Shown here: piece by piece, positions 38,380 through 39,008 of the stretch
Position numbering within the stretch: position 1 is the stretch's first letter
Layout of the letters: each line of letters begins with the position of its first letter
Assembly: GCA_016195505.1 (NCBI GenBank)
Contig: JACPZN010000054.1
Coordinates: 1 to 39,008 of the forward strand
Direction of reading: 5' to 3'
DNA: 39,008 nucleotides
Source: Nitrospirota bacterium
GTDB taxonomy: Bacteria > Nitrospirota > Nitrospiria > Nitrospirales > Nitrospiraceae
Notes under the pieces: generated by a model
Seen by the model: the letters and a program-made list of their open reading frames with translations, nothing else
Database searches by the model: none
Told to the model about the DNA's origin: nothing
Program-made: the position numbers and the translations under genes

Positions 38380-39008
38380 ATGCCACAGAGCACACCACCC
38401 CACGCAGACTTTCTTGTCATCGGCAGCGGAGTTGCCGGGCTCCGTGCCGCGCTCGACCTCAGCCGTGAAGGCCGAGTGATCATGCTCACCAAAGGCCATC
38501 CACTACAGAGCAACTCCATTTTTGCACAGGGCGGGGTTGCAGTGGCGCTAAGTGAAGAAGACGACGTCGCGATCCATCTAACTGATACAGTCAAAGCGGG
38601 CCACGGGCTCTGTCGCCGTGAGGCGGTACGGGTTTTGGTGGAAGAAGGACCGGATCGAATTCAGGAACTGATCGGATGGGGGGCAAAGTTCGACAAGACT
38701 GGAGGAAAGTTTGCCTTTGCTCGTGAAGCGGCGCATAGCCGTAGCCGAATTCTCCGTGCGCGGGGCGATGCAACGGGAAATGAAATGGTGCGCGTGTTGA
38801 TGGCACAGGCCGGCCGACAAAAGCGGATACATCGGCTGGACTATCATTTCACTGTGGACCTTGTCGTAGAGGATGGACGATGTTGCGGAGCCGTGGTTCT
38901 GGACGAAAATTCCGGTGAGCAGTTTATTCTTCCTGCCAAGGCGGTCGTGCTCTCAACCGGCGGTGCCGGCCAGATCTATGCTCGAACCACGAATCCGCCT
39001 AACGCGAC
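38380..39008 (+). CDS. nadB: L-aspartate oxidase, N-terminal part; runs off the window edge
   Basis: Manual translation: DFLVIGSGVAGL, SNSIFAQGGVA, REAAHSRSRI, DATG, LSTGGAGQIYARTTNP. Confidence 0.93.
   Translation, partial: MPQSTPPHADFLVIGSGVAGLRAALDLSREGRVIMLTKGHPLQSNSIFAQGGVAVALSEEDDVAIHLTDTVKAGHGLCRREAVRVLVEEGPDRIQELIGWGAKFDKTGGKFAFAREAAHSRSRILRARGDATGNEMVRVLMAQAGRQKRIHRLDYHFTVDLVVEDGRCCGAVVLDENSGEQFILPAKAVVLSTGGAGQIYARTTNPPNA

Overview
This is a gene-dense bacterial core-genome segment. Gene content and protein style suggest Nitrospira or a related Nitrospirota, which is an inference. In order, it holds an ISC Fe-S operon (Rrf2/iscR-iscS-iscU-iscA-hscB-hscA) with a divergent ferredoxin, gltX with tandem tRNA-Gln(CUG/UUG), a Zn alcohol dehydrogenase, a DUF1800/DUF1501 pair, yacG, a PilZ protein, glnS and tRNA-Glu(CUC). 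Next come a polyamine cluster (deoxyhypusine-synthase-like enzyme, DsbA, Zn-ribbon protein, ALDH, pyruvoyl arginine decarboxylase, agmatinase), a pseudouridine synthase, purE/purK and a hybrid kinase lacking both phosphoacceptors. The remainder carries rhomboid/DHH/LOG/CBS-PilZ genes, a DUF692 (MNIO)-dus-maf operon, CYTH-CHAD, an ABC exporter, a 31-aa bS22-like protein and nadB. I found no integrase, transposase or CRISPR array. The best candidates for new biology are (i) an MNIO fused to a DUF2063-like partner domain, with no visible precursor peptide and translationally coupled to Dus and Maf, (ii) the double-degenerate pseudo hybrid kinase, and (iii) the DHS-like polyamine cluster with a 9-bp-periodic hairpin in front of pdaD. 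Caveat: at least six genes show clean deletions or in-frame stops, which may be assembly errors.
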